64,000 nucleotides of DNA from Kiritimatiellia bacterium. GTDB taxonomy: Bacteria > Verrucomicrobiota > Kiritimatiellia > RFP12 > UBA1067. Positions 29,453 through 39,680 of the stretch are shown here, in pieces. The first letter of the stretch is position 1; each line of letters opens with the position of its first letter. The stretch spans positions 288,001 through 352,000 of the forward strand of contig JBMNFY010000017.1 in assembly GCA_050949565.1 (NCBI GenBank). Direction: 5' to 3'. The translations under genes were made by a program, and so were the position numbers. The notes under the pieces were generated by a model that was not told the DNA's origin, searched no databases, and worked only from the letters and a program-made list of their open reading frames with translations.

Positions 29453-29548
29453 TCAACCTGCGATCATTTTGTAAACGATAAGTAGCGCCATGACGACAAG
29501 AATAACCAAGGCAAAGATAGCCCCTTCGTTTCCTTTAAATTTGGACAT
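29453..29548 (-). CDS. 31-aa single-TM small protein MSKFKGNEGAIFALVILVVMALLIVYKMIAG
   Basis: GGAGG RBS 5 nt before the ATG and a clean hydrophobic helix; below the size cutoff of the ORF track. Confidence 0.7.
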   Translation of the reverse strand: MSKFKGNEGAIFALVILVVMALLIVYKMIAG

Positions 29549-29692
29549 GGTATCCTCCAACTGTTGAACGTGAAGACAATGCGATCAACCGCATGACGCG
29601 GTTGCGTACAGAGAAACGATCGGTCGGCAAGCCCATCTCGATCCCGCCGTGCGGAATACACGTAAAAAGGCATGCCGCCGACATCGGCATTT

Positions 29693-30130
29693 TCAACAGA
29701 GGAGTTGCGTGGAGCGCGCCACGGCCTGTCGGTCACAGTGCCCAGAGGCATGCCGACCGCCGCGTCTTAGATCCGCGCGCATGGTTCGTAAAGACGAGAG
29801 AAGTAGGAGCCGCGCCCACCTGTCGCGGCCGTCAATCCACCGGGGACAAGCGTGCATGGCCGGCGGCGTCCATTCGCGCCCATCGGGCAATACAGCGTAG
29901 AGTGTCGGCCGCTGCACGCAGCCGGAGAGACTAGCCCCCTCTCCGGGGCATGTCCCGGCAGACAGCGCCCCCAGTCCGCCGGTGGTTCCACCGAGGTCAT
30001 GCCCCGCATCACGCACGCCGCCCAGCCAGAGAAGCACGGCACAGAGCAGAAGCATTTCGCCTGCCCGCACCGCGCCCCGCAGCCATTTCCTGACGCGCAT
30101 CCTACGGAAACATGACCTTACTCCAACCAT
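29693..30130 (-). CDS. hypothetical protein, possibly membrane-anchored
   Basis: Fills the gap upstream of the small protein and has one hydrophobic stretch. Start uncertain; no motif recognised. Confidence 0.3.
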   Translation of the reverse strand: MVGVRSCFRRMRVRKWLRGAVRAGEMLLLCAVLLWLGGVRDAGHDLGGTTGGLGALSAGTCPGEGASLSGCVQRPTLYAVLPDGREWTPPAMHACPRWIDGRDRWARLLLLSSLRTMRADLRRGGRHASGHCDRQAVARSTQLLC

Positions 30131-30285
30131 GGGAGAGAGCATACCAGACCCCGCGCACAGCCGCAAGCGATTGCACGTCGGGCAGAATTGCGGTAACATG
30201 ATGGCAGTTCGTGTGGCACTGTACTGCTTACAGAATGAACGGCGCACCGTGCGCGTTTCTCGTCCACCCGACAGTGAAATACAGC

Positions 30286-30981
30286 ATGTGTGACGCTTCC
30301 AAAAAAAGGGGATCGGCCCTCGGCAGGCACCTTCAATCACGGCTCACTTCAGGGCTCGTGATTTTCATTCCCATTGCCATCACGCTATTCGTCCTGCGCG
30401 CCACGATCCGGCTGCTCACGTCGTTCGTGCTCCCCTGGCTGCGGAACCTGCCCTTCAACATTCCCGATGCCGCGCTGGTAGCCGTCGCGCTGACGGTTAT
30501 GGCTATTTCCGTCTACATCACCGGGCTTGTCGCGGCCCACTTCTTCGGACGCCGACTGATCCGCTGGGGCGACCGTCTCCTACTTAGGCTACCCATCGTG
30601 AAGCCTGTCTATTCAGCGTCGAGACAGGTTGTGAGCATCTTCGCATCGCCTTCAAGAACGGCGTTCCATGCCGTGGCTCTGGCCGAGTTTCCCCGGAAGG
30701 ACTCCTTCTCCGTGGGGTTTATCACCGGGACAATGATCGACCCAGAAGGGGTGCCGATGTACTGCATTTTTATTCCCACCACGCCCAATCCGACAACCGG
30801 GTTTATTATCATGCAGCCCGAAGATGAAACCATCGTGACCGACCTCTCTGTCGAAGAGGGCGTCAAGATGATCATTTCAGACGGAATGCTGTCGCCGCAC
30901 TCGTATCGGACCCGCACCCTGCCGCCGATCAAGCGAAAAACGAAGAACGCCCAACGCCCAACGCCGAACTCAGAAGGATGA
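30286..30981 (+). CDS. DUF502 family membrane protein
   Basis: GL...P...T, RLPIVKPVYSA.RQ, EFPR, IPTTPNPTTGF, LSVEEG.K.IIS.G. Confidence 0.85.
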   Translation: MCDASKKRGSALGRHLQSRLTSGLVIFIPIAITLFVLRATIRLLTSFVLPWLRNLPFNIPDAALVAVALTVMAISVYITGLVAAHFFGRRLIRWGDRLLLRLPIVKPVYSASRQVVSIFASPSRTAFHAVALAEFPRKDSFSVGFITGTMIDPEGVPMYCIFIPTTPNPTTGFIIMQPEDETIVTDLSVEEGVKMIISDGMLSPHSYRTRTLPPIKRKTKNAQRPTPNSEG

Positions 30982-31046
30982 AAGTTGAAGCTTGTCGTGG
31001 AATGCCGAGGCAAATGTCACGCCGCTCACGAGAGATGTAAAAAATT

Positions 31047-31643
31047 TGCGGCGGCAAGCGGGTTTCCGCGCGACGCCGCTTTGATTTTGTGGCAAGATAA
31101 CTAGGGCTGACAGATGCGAGAACGCAGTACCATGGCGTTACCAAGGTAGTTCCATGATTTGAATGTCTAATGTCAAATTACGACCCCAAACCGCACATGA
31201 TTTGAATGTCTAATGTCAAATTACGACCCCAAACCGCACTAAAAAGAGCAGTTGAAATCTCAACGCTCTTGGGTTTCTGGCATGGCTCGGTTTTTTGGAA
31301 CCGCAGATGACGCAGATTTCGCAGATTTTTGACGACAATAAAACCATTAGTGTCCATTCGTGTTTATTCGTGGTTCAAGCATTGGGAACCACATAGAACA
31401 CAGAGAGCACAGAGTTTTTTGCGGGTATGGCCGCAGGTCGCAGGTCGTAAGTCGCGGGTCATGTCAACACACGAACAAGGCACACCGATCCCGATACCGA
31501 TCCGCAAGTCTGACGAAAGAATTTGGAATGCGGCGGCAAGCGGGTTTCCGCGCGACGCCGCTTTGATTTTGTGGCAAGATAACTAGGGCTGACAGATGCG
31601 AGAACGTAGCACCATGGCGTTACCAAGGTGGTTCTCATGATTT
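31047..31643 (+). repeat. ~114-bp direct repeats (31047-31160 and 31529-31643) enclosing a repeat patchwork
   Basis: TGCGGCGGCAAGCGGGTTTCCGCGCGACGCCGCTTTG...CATGATTT occurs twice with few differences. Confidence 0.95.
31153..31238 (+). repeat. 43-bp perfect tandem duplication
   Basis: CATGATTTGAATGTCTAATGTCAAATTACGACCCCAAACCGCA x2. Confidence 0.95.
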
Positions 31644-31769
31644 CTCGTGGTTTGACAGTGACAGTGCCGGGGAAGTTTGGTACGTTTCAACCATACAGAC
31701 GATGCGGCAGTCCGTTGCCTGAGTGGCTACAATATCGGAATCGCGCCAGACGGTTTAGAGAAAACGCTT

Positions 31770-34700
31770 ATGACATTCGTTGACCTTCTTTCAAGCATTC
31801 GTAAGAGCGCCTTTACGGAAAAAGACAAGGGTACCCGCTTCGAAAATCTCATGCGGGCGTATCTCTTGACCGATCCGCTGTACGCGACCACGCTGAAGAC
31901 CGTCTGGTTGTGGTCGGATTTTCCCTTCCGGAAGGATTTCAGCGGCAAAGACACGGGCATTGATCTCGTCGCCAAAACAGTCAAGGGCGAGTATTGGGCA
32001 ATCCAGTGCAAGTGCTTTGCAGAAGACGCCTACATCGACAAGGGCGGCGTGGATAGCTTTCTCTCCACCTCGAACAAGTATTTCCAAGACGACCAATTCC
32101 GCAAACTGAAGTTCTCGCATCGCCTCTGGATCGCGACCACCAACAACTGGAGCGCCGAGGCCGGCAAGGTCTTGCTCAACCAAGACCCGCCTGTGTCCCG
32201 TATCAGCCTGACCGATCTGATCAACGCACCTGTCGATTGGGACTCGCTCGCCAACAACACCATCGGTGAAAAGTCCCGGTTGTTGACCTACAAGGTTAAA
32301 CCGCATCAACAGGCCGCCTTGGATGCCGCCCGCACCTACTACGCGGACCATGACCGCGGCAAGATGATTATGGCATGCGGTACCGGCAAGACGTTCACCG
32401 CGCTCCGTCTCGTGGAACAGGAAACCGATGGCAAGGGACTGATTCTCTTTCTTGTCCCGTCTATCTCCCTGTTAGGCCAGACGCTTCGCGAATGGTCGGC
32501 TCAAGCGCAAAAGCCAATCAAGGCCATCTGCGTCTGTTCGGATGCGAGTGTCGGCAAGCCGGCGAAAACCGACGCCAATACCGATTCCATCCTGGATCTG
32601 GCTCTCCCCGCATCCACGAATGTCAACAGCGCGGTTGCCCAGTTGAGGATGCACGAAACCAACAAGATAGACGCAGGGCTTACAGTCGTTTTCTCCACCT
32701 ACCAGTCCATCGACGTGGTTTCAAAAGCCCAAAAGAGATACGGACGCGCCTTCGACTTCATCGTCTGCGACGAGGCGCACCGCACAACCGGCGTGACACT
32801 CGCCGACGAGGATGAATCCGCCTTTGTCAAAGCCCATGACAACGCCTTTATCCAAGCCTCCAAACGCCTCTACATGACCGCCACGCCGCGCATCTACGGC
32901 GAGGGCGCCAAAGCCAGAGCCAAAGAGGTCGATGCCGAGTTATGCTCAATGGACAACGCCGATTACTTCGGCGAGGAGTTCTACCGGATCGGTTTCGGCA
33001 AGGCTGTGGAGCAGCACCTGCTGTCCGACTACAAAGTACTGATTCTGACCGTCCACGAAGAGAGCATCCCTAAGGAGTTCCAGAAGGCACTCACCAAGTC
33101 GGGCGATGCCAAAGAAATTCCGACCGACGAGGTCATGAAACTGGCGGGCTGCATCAAAGCGCTCTCCAAGGCCACCGTCGTTCAGGACGCCGCCATGGTC
33201 AGGGAGATCGACCCTGACCCCATGCGCCGCGCTGTCGCGTTCTGCCAAAGCATCAAAAACTCAAAGGCTCTCGCCGCTGCATTCAACGCCAGCAAGGAAG
33301 TCCTTTACGACCAGTTCACGCCTGAAGAGCAGATGACACTGGTCGATGTCAATGCCGACCATGTGGACGGTACCATGTCTGCAATGATCCGCGATCAAAA
33401 ACTGATCTGGCTCAAATCCGCCGGCGACACCAGCCGCGAATGCCGTGTGCTCTGCAACGTGCGCTGCCTCTCCGAAGGCGTGGACGTGCCCTCGCTCGAT
33501 GCCGTGCTCTTCCTCTCGCCCCGCAACTCACAGGTTGAAGTGGTTCAGTCGGTCGGTCGCGTCATGCGCACCTCGCACGGCAAGAAATACGGCTACATCA
33601 TCATCCCCGTGCTGATCCCCGCCGGCACCACGCCCGAAGAAGCTCTGGATGATAACGAGCGCTTCCGCGTGGTGTGGACGGTTCTAAACGCGCTCCGCGC
33701 CCATGACGACCGCTTTGACGCGCTCATCAACCGGATCAACCTCAACAAACGCCTCCCCACCCAGGTCGAGGTCACCGACAGCGGCGGCGGTTCCTCCGCC
33801 GGCCAAACGTGGAGCGATGAAGACCGCTCCCGCTTCGAGTCAGGAATCCAGTCGAAAAACTTCGCAAACTTCGGCGCCTTCTGCCACGCCATTTTCGCCA
33901 AAATGGTCGAGAAGGTCGGCAACAAACGCTATTGGGAGCAGTGGGCGCGGGATGTCGCCAAGATCGCCGAACGCCATATCGAGCAGATCACCGCCTTCGT
34001 CGCCCAGAGCGGCCCGCAAAAAGACGCTTTCGACACCTTCCTCAAGGGCCTGCACCAAAACATCAACCCCTCCATCACGCAGGACGACGCCATCCAGATG
34101 CTGGCCCAGCACCTCATCACCCGCCCCGTCTTCGACGCCCTCTTCGAAAACTACACCTTCGTCGAGAGCAACCCCGTCTCGAAAGCGATGCAGGGCATGC
34201 TGGATGAACTCTCTTCCCTCACGCTGGAAAAAGACCGCGCCGTCCTGCACGAGTTCTACGAATCCGTCAAAATGCGCACCCGGGGCATCGACAACGGCGA
34301 GGCCAAACAGAAGATCGTCATCGAGCTTTACGATAAGTTCTTTAAGACCGCTTTCCCCAAGACCGTTGAAAAACTCGGCATCGTCTACACGCCCGTCGAG
34401 ATCGTGGACTTCATGCTCCACTCCGTGGCCGACGTGCTCAAGGCTGAATTTGGCCGCAACCTCTCGGACGAGAATATCCACATCCTCGACCCCTTCACCG
34501 GCACCGGCACCTTCATGACGCGCCTGCTGCAATCCAATCTCATCAGCAATAAGGCGCTCGAACGCAAATACACCAAGGAACTGCACGCCAACGAAATCGT
34601 GCTCCTCGCCTACTACATCGCCTCCATCAACATCGAGAACGCCTACCACGAGCGTACCCCCGACAAACCTTATCAACCCTTTGAAGGCATCTGCCTCACC

Positions 34701-36608
34701 GACACCTTCCAGCTCGGCGAAAGAAAAGACGAGTTAGACCTGAACGACGGCTTCGTGGACAACACCAAACGTGTCCGTGCCCAGCGCAAAGCCCCGCTGC
34801 GCATCATCATCGGCAACCCGCCCTATTCCGTCGGCCAGAAATCCGCCAACGACAACGCCCCGAACCAGCGCTACCCGAACCTTGAGGAACGCATTGAGGA
34901 GACCTACGTTATCGAAAGCACCGCCACCAACAAAAACTCGCTCTACGACTCCTATATCAAGGCCTTCCGCTGGGCATCCGACCGCCTCGATCCGCAGGGC
35001 GGCATCGTCGCCTTCGTCTCCAACGGCGCTTGGCTCGACGGCAACGCTATGGACGGTTTCCGCAAGACCATCCAAGAGGAATTTTCCGCCATCTACGTCT
35101 TCAACCTGCGCGGCAACCAGCGTACCAGCGGCGAACTCTCCAGGCGTGAAGGCGGCAAAATCTTCGGCTCCGGCAGCCGTACTCCGATCGCCATCACCCT
35201 GCTGGTCAAGAAGCCCGCCCAGCAGTCTCCCGCAACCATCTACTATCACGACATCGGTGACTATCTCACTCGCGAACAGAAGCTTGAGATCATACGCGGC
35301 TTCGGCTCCATTTCCGCCATGCGAGACACGCTCACCATTCTCAAGCCAAACAAATACGGCGATTGGATCAACCACCGCGACGAAGGCTTCGAGGAACTCA
35401 TCCCGCTTGCTCCGGACGAAAAATTCACGTTGGATCCCCACAGTTTTTTCACTGTCTGCTCTAACGGCGTAAAAACGCAACGTGACGCATGGTGTTACAA
35501 CTCTTCCGAACCCGCCCTTGCCGCCAACATCCAGAAAACGCTCGACTATTACGACCAATGGCGTGAGAAACTCATCACACTTTCCGGCTCAAAAAACCGA
35601 AGCCTGCCGCCGGAAGCTTACGACTCAACGCAGATCAGTTGGACACATGCCTTGAAAACGGATGTCGTACGTGATCGTGAGAATGCTTATGACGCCGACG
35701 GCATCCGTTCCGCTCTCTACCGGCCATTCTTCCGCCAACACCTCTACTTCAACCACGCACTCAATGAACGTACCTATCGCATGTTCGACCTCTTCCCCAC
35801 ACCCAAACACGAAAACCTGCTTATTTGTGTGTCAGGAGTCGGCGTCACCAAAAATTTTTCCGTGATAATCACCGACGTGTTGCCCGACTTGGAGTTGATC
35901 GGCAAGAGCCAGTGTTTCCCGCTCTACTGGTACGAGAAAAGAGAACAGACAGAGCAGATGAACCTGTTCGATACGGACGAGACGTACACGCAACGGGACG
36001 GCGTCAGCGACTTCATTCTTGGGCGGGCTCGGGAACTGTGCGGCCCGAAGGTCACGAAGAAGGATATTTTCTACACCGTGTACGGCATCCTGCACAGCGA
36101 GGAGTACCGTAAGAAGTACGCGGTGAACCTGAAAAAGAGCTTGCCGCGTCTATCGCTGCCGGAGGAGCCTGCGATTTTCTGGGCGTTCAGCAAAGCCGGT
36201 GCCGAACTGGCGGAGCTGCACTTGAATTACGAGACGTTGCCGCCGTGGGCGGAACTGAAGGAAGACAGTCCCAAAGCCAAGCCCTCCACCCGCGTGACCA
36301 AGATGCGTTTCGCCAAAGATGAAAAAGGCGAGAACAAAACCGCCATCATTTACAACGACGATATCACGATATGGAACATCCCGCTTGAGGCCTACAAGTA
36401 CGTGGTCAACGGCAAATCCGCGATCGAGTGGATCATGGAACGCTACCAGGTGACGACCCACAAAGAGAGCGGCATCGTCAACGACCCCAATCTCTGGTGC
36501 GACGAGCACAACCAGCCGCGCTACATCATCGACCTGCTCAAACGGATCGTCACCCTCAGCGTCGAAACCATGAAGATCGTCAAAGCACTGCCGAAACTGG
36601 GGTTGTGA
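31770..36608 (+). CDS. Type ISP restriction-modification enzyme (LlaGI/LlaBIII-like): Mrr nuclease, SF2 helicase, N6-MTase, TRD
   Basis: DTGIDLVA..AIQCK, MACGTGKT, DEAH, QSVGRVMR, DPFTGTG, GNPPY and a C-terminal YVVNGKSAIEW. Confidence 0.93.
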   Translation: MTFVDLLSSIRKSAFTEKDKGTRFENLMRAYLLTDPLYATTLKTVWLWSDFPFRKDFSGKDTGIDLVAKTVKGEYWAIQCKCFAEDAYIDKGGVDSFLSTSNKYFQDDQFRKLKFSHRLWIATTNNWSAEAGKVLLNQDPPVSRISLTDLINAPVDWDSLANNTIGEKSRLLTYKVKPHQQAALDAARTYYADHDRGKMIMACGTGKTFTALRLVEQETDGKGLILFLVPSISLLGQTLREWSAQAQKPIKAICVCSDASVGKPAKTDANTDSILDLALPASTNVNSAVAQLRMHETNKIDAGLTVVFSTYQSIDVVSKAQKRYGRAFDFIVCDEAHRTTGVTLADEDESAFVKAHDNAFIQASKRLYMTATPRIYGEGAKARAKEVDAELCSMDNADYFGEEFYRIGFGKAVEQHLLSDYKVLILTVHEESIPKEFQKALTKSGDAKEIPTDEVMKLAGCIKALSKATVVQDAAMVREIDPDPMRRAVAFCQSIKNSKALAAAFNASKEVLYDQFTPEEQMTLVDVNADHVDGTMSAMIRDQKLIWLKSAGDTSRECRVLCNVRCLSEGVDVPSLDAVLFLSPRNSQVEVVQSVGRVMRTSHGKKYGYIIIPVLIPAGTTPEEALDDNERFRVVWTVLNALRAHDDRFDALINRINLNKRLPTQVEVTDSGGGSSAGQTWSDEDRSRFESGIQSKNFANFGAFCHAIFAKMVEKVGNKRYWEQWARDVAKIAERHIEQITAFVAQSGPQKDAFDTFLKGLHQNINPSITQDDAIQMLAQHLITRPVFDALFENYTFVESNPVSKAMQGMLDELSSLTLEKDRAVLHEFYESVKMRTRGIDNGEAKQKIVIELYDKFFKTAFPKTVEKLGIVYTPVEIVDFMLHSVADVLKAEFGRNLSDENIHILDPFTGTGTFMTRLLQSNLISNKALERKYTKELHANEIVLLAYYIASINIENAYHERTPDKPYQPFEGICLTDTFQLGERKDELDLNDGFVDNTKRVRAQRKAPLRIIIGNPPYSVGQKSANDNAPNQRYPNLEERIEETYVIESTATNKNSLYDSYIKAFRWASDRLDPQGGIVAFVSNGAWLDGNAMDGFRKTIQEEFSAIYVFNLRGNQRTSGELSRREGGKIFGSGSRTPIAITLLVKKPAQQSPATIYYHDIGDYLTREQKLEIIRGFGSISAMRDTLTILKPNKYGDWINHRDEGFEELIPLAPDEKFTLDPHSFFTVCSNGVKTQRDAWCYNSSEPALAANIQKTLDYYDQWREKLITLSGSKNRSLPPEAYDSTQISWTHALKTDVVRDRENAYDADGIRSALYRPFFRQHLYFNHALNERTYRMFDLFPTPKHENLLICVSGVGVTKNFSVIITDVLPDLELIGKSQCFPLYWYEKREQTEQMNLFDTDETYTQRDGVSDFILGRARELCGPKVTKKDIFYTVYGILHSEEYRKKYAVNLKKSLPRLSLPEEPAIFWAFSKAGAELAELHLNYETLPPWAELKEDSPKAKPSTRVTKMRFAKDEKGENKTAIIYNDDITIWNIPLEAYKYVVNGKSAIEWIMERYQVTTHKESGIVNDPNLWCDEHNQPRYIIDLLKRIVTLSVETMKIVKALPKLGL

Positions 36609-36661
36609 GCCCCAATAAAACGTGTTCTCAGAACTCATCACTGTAATTGGGAGACAAAACC

Positions 36662-37684
36662 ATGGCAACATCAGAAGAAAACCAACTACAAGAAACAAAA
36701 AATTCACTTGAGCGGATGCAACAGTTTGACGCCTCAGTATTGCCGCGTACCGAGGAGCTTGGCTCCGCTATGAGCTTTCAGGATGCTGTCGCCCCCGCCA
36801 ACCGCTTGATTGATCTTTACAAACAATTGGCGGTCGGTGCACTTGACCATTTTCCGAGCAATGTTCTTCGGACGATCCAACAACAGGCGAATTCCGACTT
36901 CAATGTATTGGATTCACTACTGAAATTCTCCGCCGGAAGTTCCAAAGAAGAGCGTGACCAGAAAATCCAACAAGTCCGCAATGCATATCCAGGTGCCTTC
37001 GAGAAACTGCACCCTTTCATTTCCTACTCGACAAGAACAGCTACGGATTTCAGTCGGTTAGAGCGGGAAGCCCGCGCACACCTTCAAAGTGCCAAAGACA
37101 GTAGCACCGCACTTGAAAATGAATTAAAAAAACAGCGCACCGAGATGGATGCTGCTCTTAGTGCTGTTCGTAAGACGGCGGAAGAACAAGGCGTATCACA
37201 GCAGGCCATATACTTTAAAACTGCGGCGGACGAGTTCGAAGAGGAAGCCCAAAAATGGTTAAAAAGAACACTCTGGCTTGTTGTGTTGCTTGCGACATAT
37301 GTAATCGTTACGCTGTTTTTGCACAAGTTTCCGTTTCTGACACCAACAAACATCCATGAAACAACACAACTTGCTATAAGCAAGATTTTGATGTTTGCTA
37401 CCCTTTCGTTTGTGGTGTTGTTAGCCGCAAAGAACTACTTGGCAAACCGGCACAACGCCGTCGTTAACCGGCACCGTCAAAACGCTTTGGTCACATATCG
37501 TGCCCTTGTTGAATCCGCAAGCGACACCGCCAACCGTGATATTGTGTTGACCAAAGCGGCGGAGTGTATTTTCTCAGCACAACCCACGGCTTTCAGCAAG
37601 TTTGAAGGTGCCGATGGCGGTAGTATTTCCTTACTCAATGTTCCCGGCGGCATCAATTCATCTATTTTGCCTAATTCCAATTAG
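36662..37684 (+). CDS. hypothetical coiled-coil protein with two C-terminal TM helices
   Basis: GGGAG RBS; heptad-rich middle region, then two hydrophobic helices and a helical tail. Confidence 0.7.
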   Translation: MATSEENQLQETKNSLERMQQFDASVLPRTEELGSAMSFQDAVAPANRLIDLYKQLAVGALDHFPSNVLRTIQQQANSDFNVLDSLLKFSAGSSKEERDQKIQQVRNAYPGAFEKLHPFISYSTRTATDFSRLEREARAHLQSAKDSSTALENELKKQRTEMDAALSAVRKTAEEQGVSQQAIYFKTAADEFEEEAQKWLKRTLWLVVLLATYVIVTLFLHKFPFLTPTNIHETTQLAISKILMFATLSFVVLLAAKNYLANRHNAVVNRHRQNALVTYRALVESASDTANRDIVLTKAAECIFSAQPTAFSKFEGADGGSISLLNVPGGINSSILPNSN

Positions 37685-37740
37685 TCAGCGCCAGAACGTA
37701 TCCGTCTGGAAACAAATGGGAAGGAGTCGCTCGGTCGCAA

Positions 37741-37764
37741 TGGGTCGTAATTTGACATCGGACA
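37741..37764 (-). repeat. inverted copy of the core of the 43-bp repeat
   Basis: Reverse complement TGTCCGATGTCAAATTACGACCCA versus TGTCTAATGTCAAATTACGACCCC. Confidence 0.8.
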
Positions 37765-37824
37765 GATGATGGTTGAACGACACACAACGTTGTCGCAAAA
37801 CCAGTCGGAATGTCTAGTGCCAAA

Positions 37825-38433
37825 TCAAGGCCACTCCTTTTCCATATGCCTTAATATCTTTTGAAGTGTTTCCGTAGCTTCTTTTGCATATGCATCAATC
37901 AAACTGCCAAGTTTGACTTGAGGATGGGATATGTTGTCCAATGGAGACTTTGACAAAGTGTTATGTTTCGGTTTTTCCCATTTTTCATAAGTAAACGACG
38001 AATAGTCACCAAAATTTCTACCCATGAACGCTCGTGTTAATGGCTCTGACTTTGGGTGCTCTCTTTTCGCAGGATGCCCTGCGCACGTATTTCTGAGAAG
38101 GCGCAGTTTTTGCCATGAGCCTAAATTATCGACTGTTAGTTTTGATCCGGTAACAGCCCAATAAAGTTCACAAATGGCATCCTGCTGAATAAAAATGGCC
38201 TGCATAACGCCCCAGAACTCAATATATGCTAAATGAGAATCAGTCGCGAAGCCTCTCTCGCGATGAACAGACAGGCTTTCGGTTGTATCCTGTAATAGGT
38301 ACATACTCGTGTAATAGGCTGCATACCTTTCTTCCTGGGCATCAGCAAAGAAGAACTTTTGACAAGCAGTATTGCCGTGAAAGTAATTGTAGATTCGTTC
38401 TCGAATTTCCAAGATGTTTTCCATGTTCGTCAT
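37825..38433 (-). CDS. hypothetical helical protein with a HEPN-like RNxxxxH motif
   Basis: LRLLRNTCAGHP; AT-rich ORF. Confidence 0.6.
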   Translation of the reverse strand: MTNMENILEIRERIYNYFHGNTACQKFFFADAQEERYAAYYTSMYLLQDTTESLSVHRERGFATDSHLAYIEFWGVMQAIFIQQDAICELYWAVTGSKLTVDNLGSWQKLRLLRNTCAGHPAKREHPKSEPLTRAFMGRNFGDYSSFTYEKWEKPKHNTLSKSPLDNISHPQVKLGSLIDAYAKEATETLQKILRHMEKEWP

Positions 38434-38615
38434 AACCACGCCCGTCAACATGCAGGGTAGCACGTATTCTCTGGGCGCGCAAAGCGGAAAACGAGCGTAA
38501 TATTGTCGCGCCTCCGAATCCTGCCAAATTCAGTCTTTCCGAGTCCTAAACAATGTGGTACCGTGTTTACGAAACCAGAAAGAAATGTGCTTTATGTAAA
38601 CAAAGGAGTAACGCG

Positions 38616-39674
38616 ATGGACAACCTGTTCGGACAGAGACTTAGGCAGGCGCGTACCATGAAAGGGATGTCGCTGCGTGCGCTAGCTACCGCAACGGAAA
38701 ACAAAATTTCCCATAATGCGCTGGCACGGTACGAGCGTGGCGAGATGGCTCCGGGAAGCGCAACTCTACTGGCCGTGGCCGAAGCCCTTGAACAGCCGGT
38801 CGATTTCTTCTTCCGTCCCTACAAAGCCAAACTGGCCGAGGTACGGTTTCGTAAAAAATACGCCGTACCCAGCAGCAAAGCCAAGGCAGCCATCGAGCAG
38901 GCCAACGACTTCTACGAGCGCTACCGTGAAGCCGAAGAGTTGGCAGGCGACGTGCTGATATACAAACCGCCGCTGGACATGAAGATGCCCATCCAAAAAG
39001 CCGAAGAGGCTGAGGATGCCGCAACCCAATTACGAAAAATCTGGAGACTCGGCCTTGACCCGATTCCCAGCGTGGTCAGCCTTCTCGAGCGCGTGGGGAT
39101 AAAAGTCTGCGAAATGGATCTTCCCGAAGGGCTCGACGGCTTTTGCGCCCATGCGGACGGTGATCCGCTGATCGTGCTCGCACGGACGAACAATGTCCCC
39201 CGCAAGCGTATGACTTGCACGCATGAAATGGCACATATTGTTCTCCCGCTACCGGAAGACGAAAAACTGGAGGAGAAAATTGCCAAACGGTTCGCAGGCG
39301 CGTTTCTGCTCCCTGCCCCAACCTTCAAAGCGGCTTTTGGCAAATTCCGAAACCGGATCGGTCTAAACGAGTTGATCGAACTCAAAATAGAATTCGGAGC
39401 CTCAATCATGGCGATCATGAAGCGAGCCGAACAACTAGTCATGGTCTCCCCGCAAACCTTTCGCAACTTCTGTAAATTTGTCAATCAACACGGCTGGCGT
39501 AAAAACGGCGAGCCGGGCGACATGCAATGTGCCTGCGAAGAGACCCCTACTCGCTACAAGCAACTTGTCTGGAGAGCCGTAGCAGAAGGCCAGATTAGTA
39601 TGTCGAAGGGTGCGGCATTGCTCAAACAGGATCTTGCCTCTTTTCGCCATGACCTCAAGGACGTAATTATGTAG
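38616..39674 (+). CDS. XRE HTH - ImmA/IrrE metallopeptidase fusion
   Basis: N-terminal HTH (RLRQAR...SLRALA...RYERG), HEMAH (HExxH), E..A.RFAGAFLLP; AAGGAG RBS. Confidence 0.9.
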   Translation: MDNLFGQRLRQARTMKGMSLRALATATENKISHNALARYERGEMAPGSATLLAVAEALEQPVDFFFRPYKAKLAEVRFRKKYAVPSSKAKAAIEQANDFYERYREAEELAGDVLIYKPPLDMKMPIQKAEEAEDAATQLRKIWRLGLDPIPSVVSLLERVGIKVCEMDLPEGLDGFCAHADGDPLIVLARTNNVPRKRMTCTHEMAHIVLPLPEDEKLEEKIAKRFAGAFLLPAPTFKAAFGKFRNRIGLNELIELKIEFGASIMAIMKRAEQLVMVSPQTFRNFCKFVNQHGWRKNGEPGDMQCACEETPTRYKQLVWRAVAEGQISMSKGAALLKQDLASFRHDLKDVIM

Positions 39675-39680
39675 GTTGCA

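Noticed and set aside
31153-31238. 43-bp repeats as a CRISPR array
   Set aside because: Only two copies, directly abutting with no spacer, and no cas genes.
31047-31643. 114-bp repeat pair as a DGR template/variable repeat
   Set aside because: The differences are few and not adenine-specific, both copies are intergenic, and there is no reverse transcriptase in the window.
36609-38500. Integron cassettes for the AT-rich orphan genes
   Set aside because: No convincing RYYYAAC...GTTRRRY attC structure and no intI.
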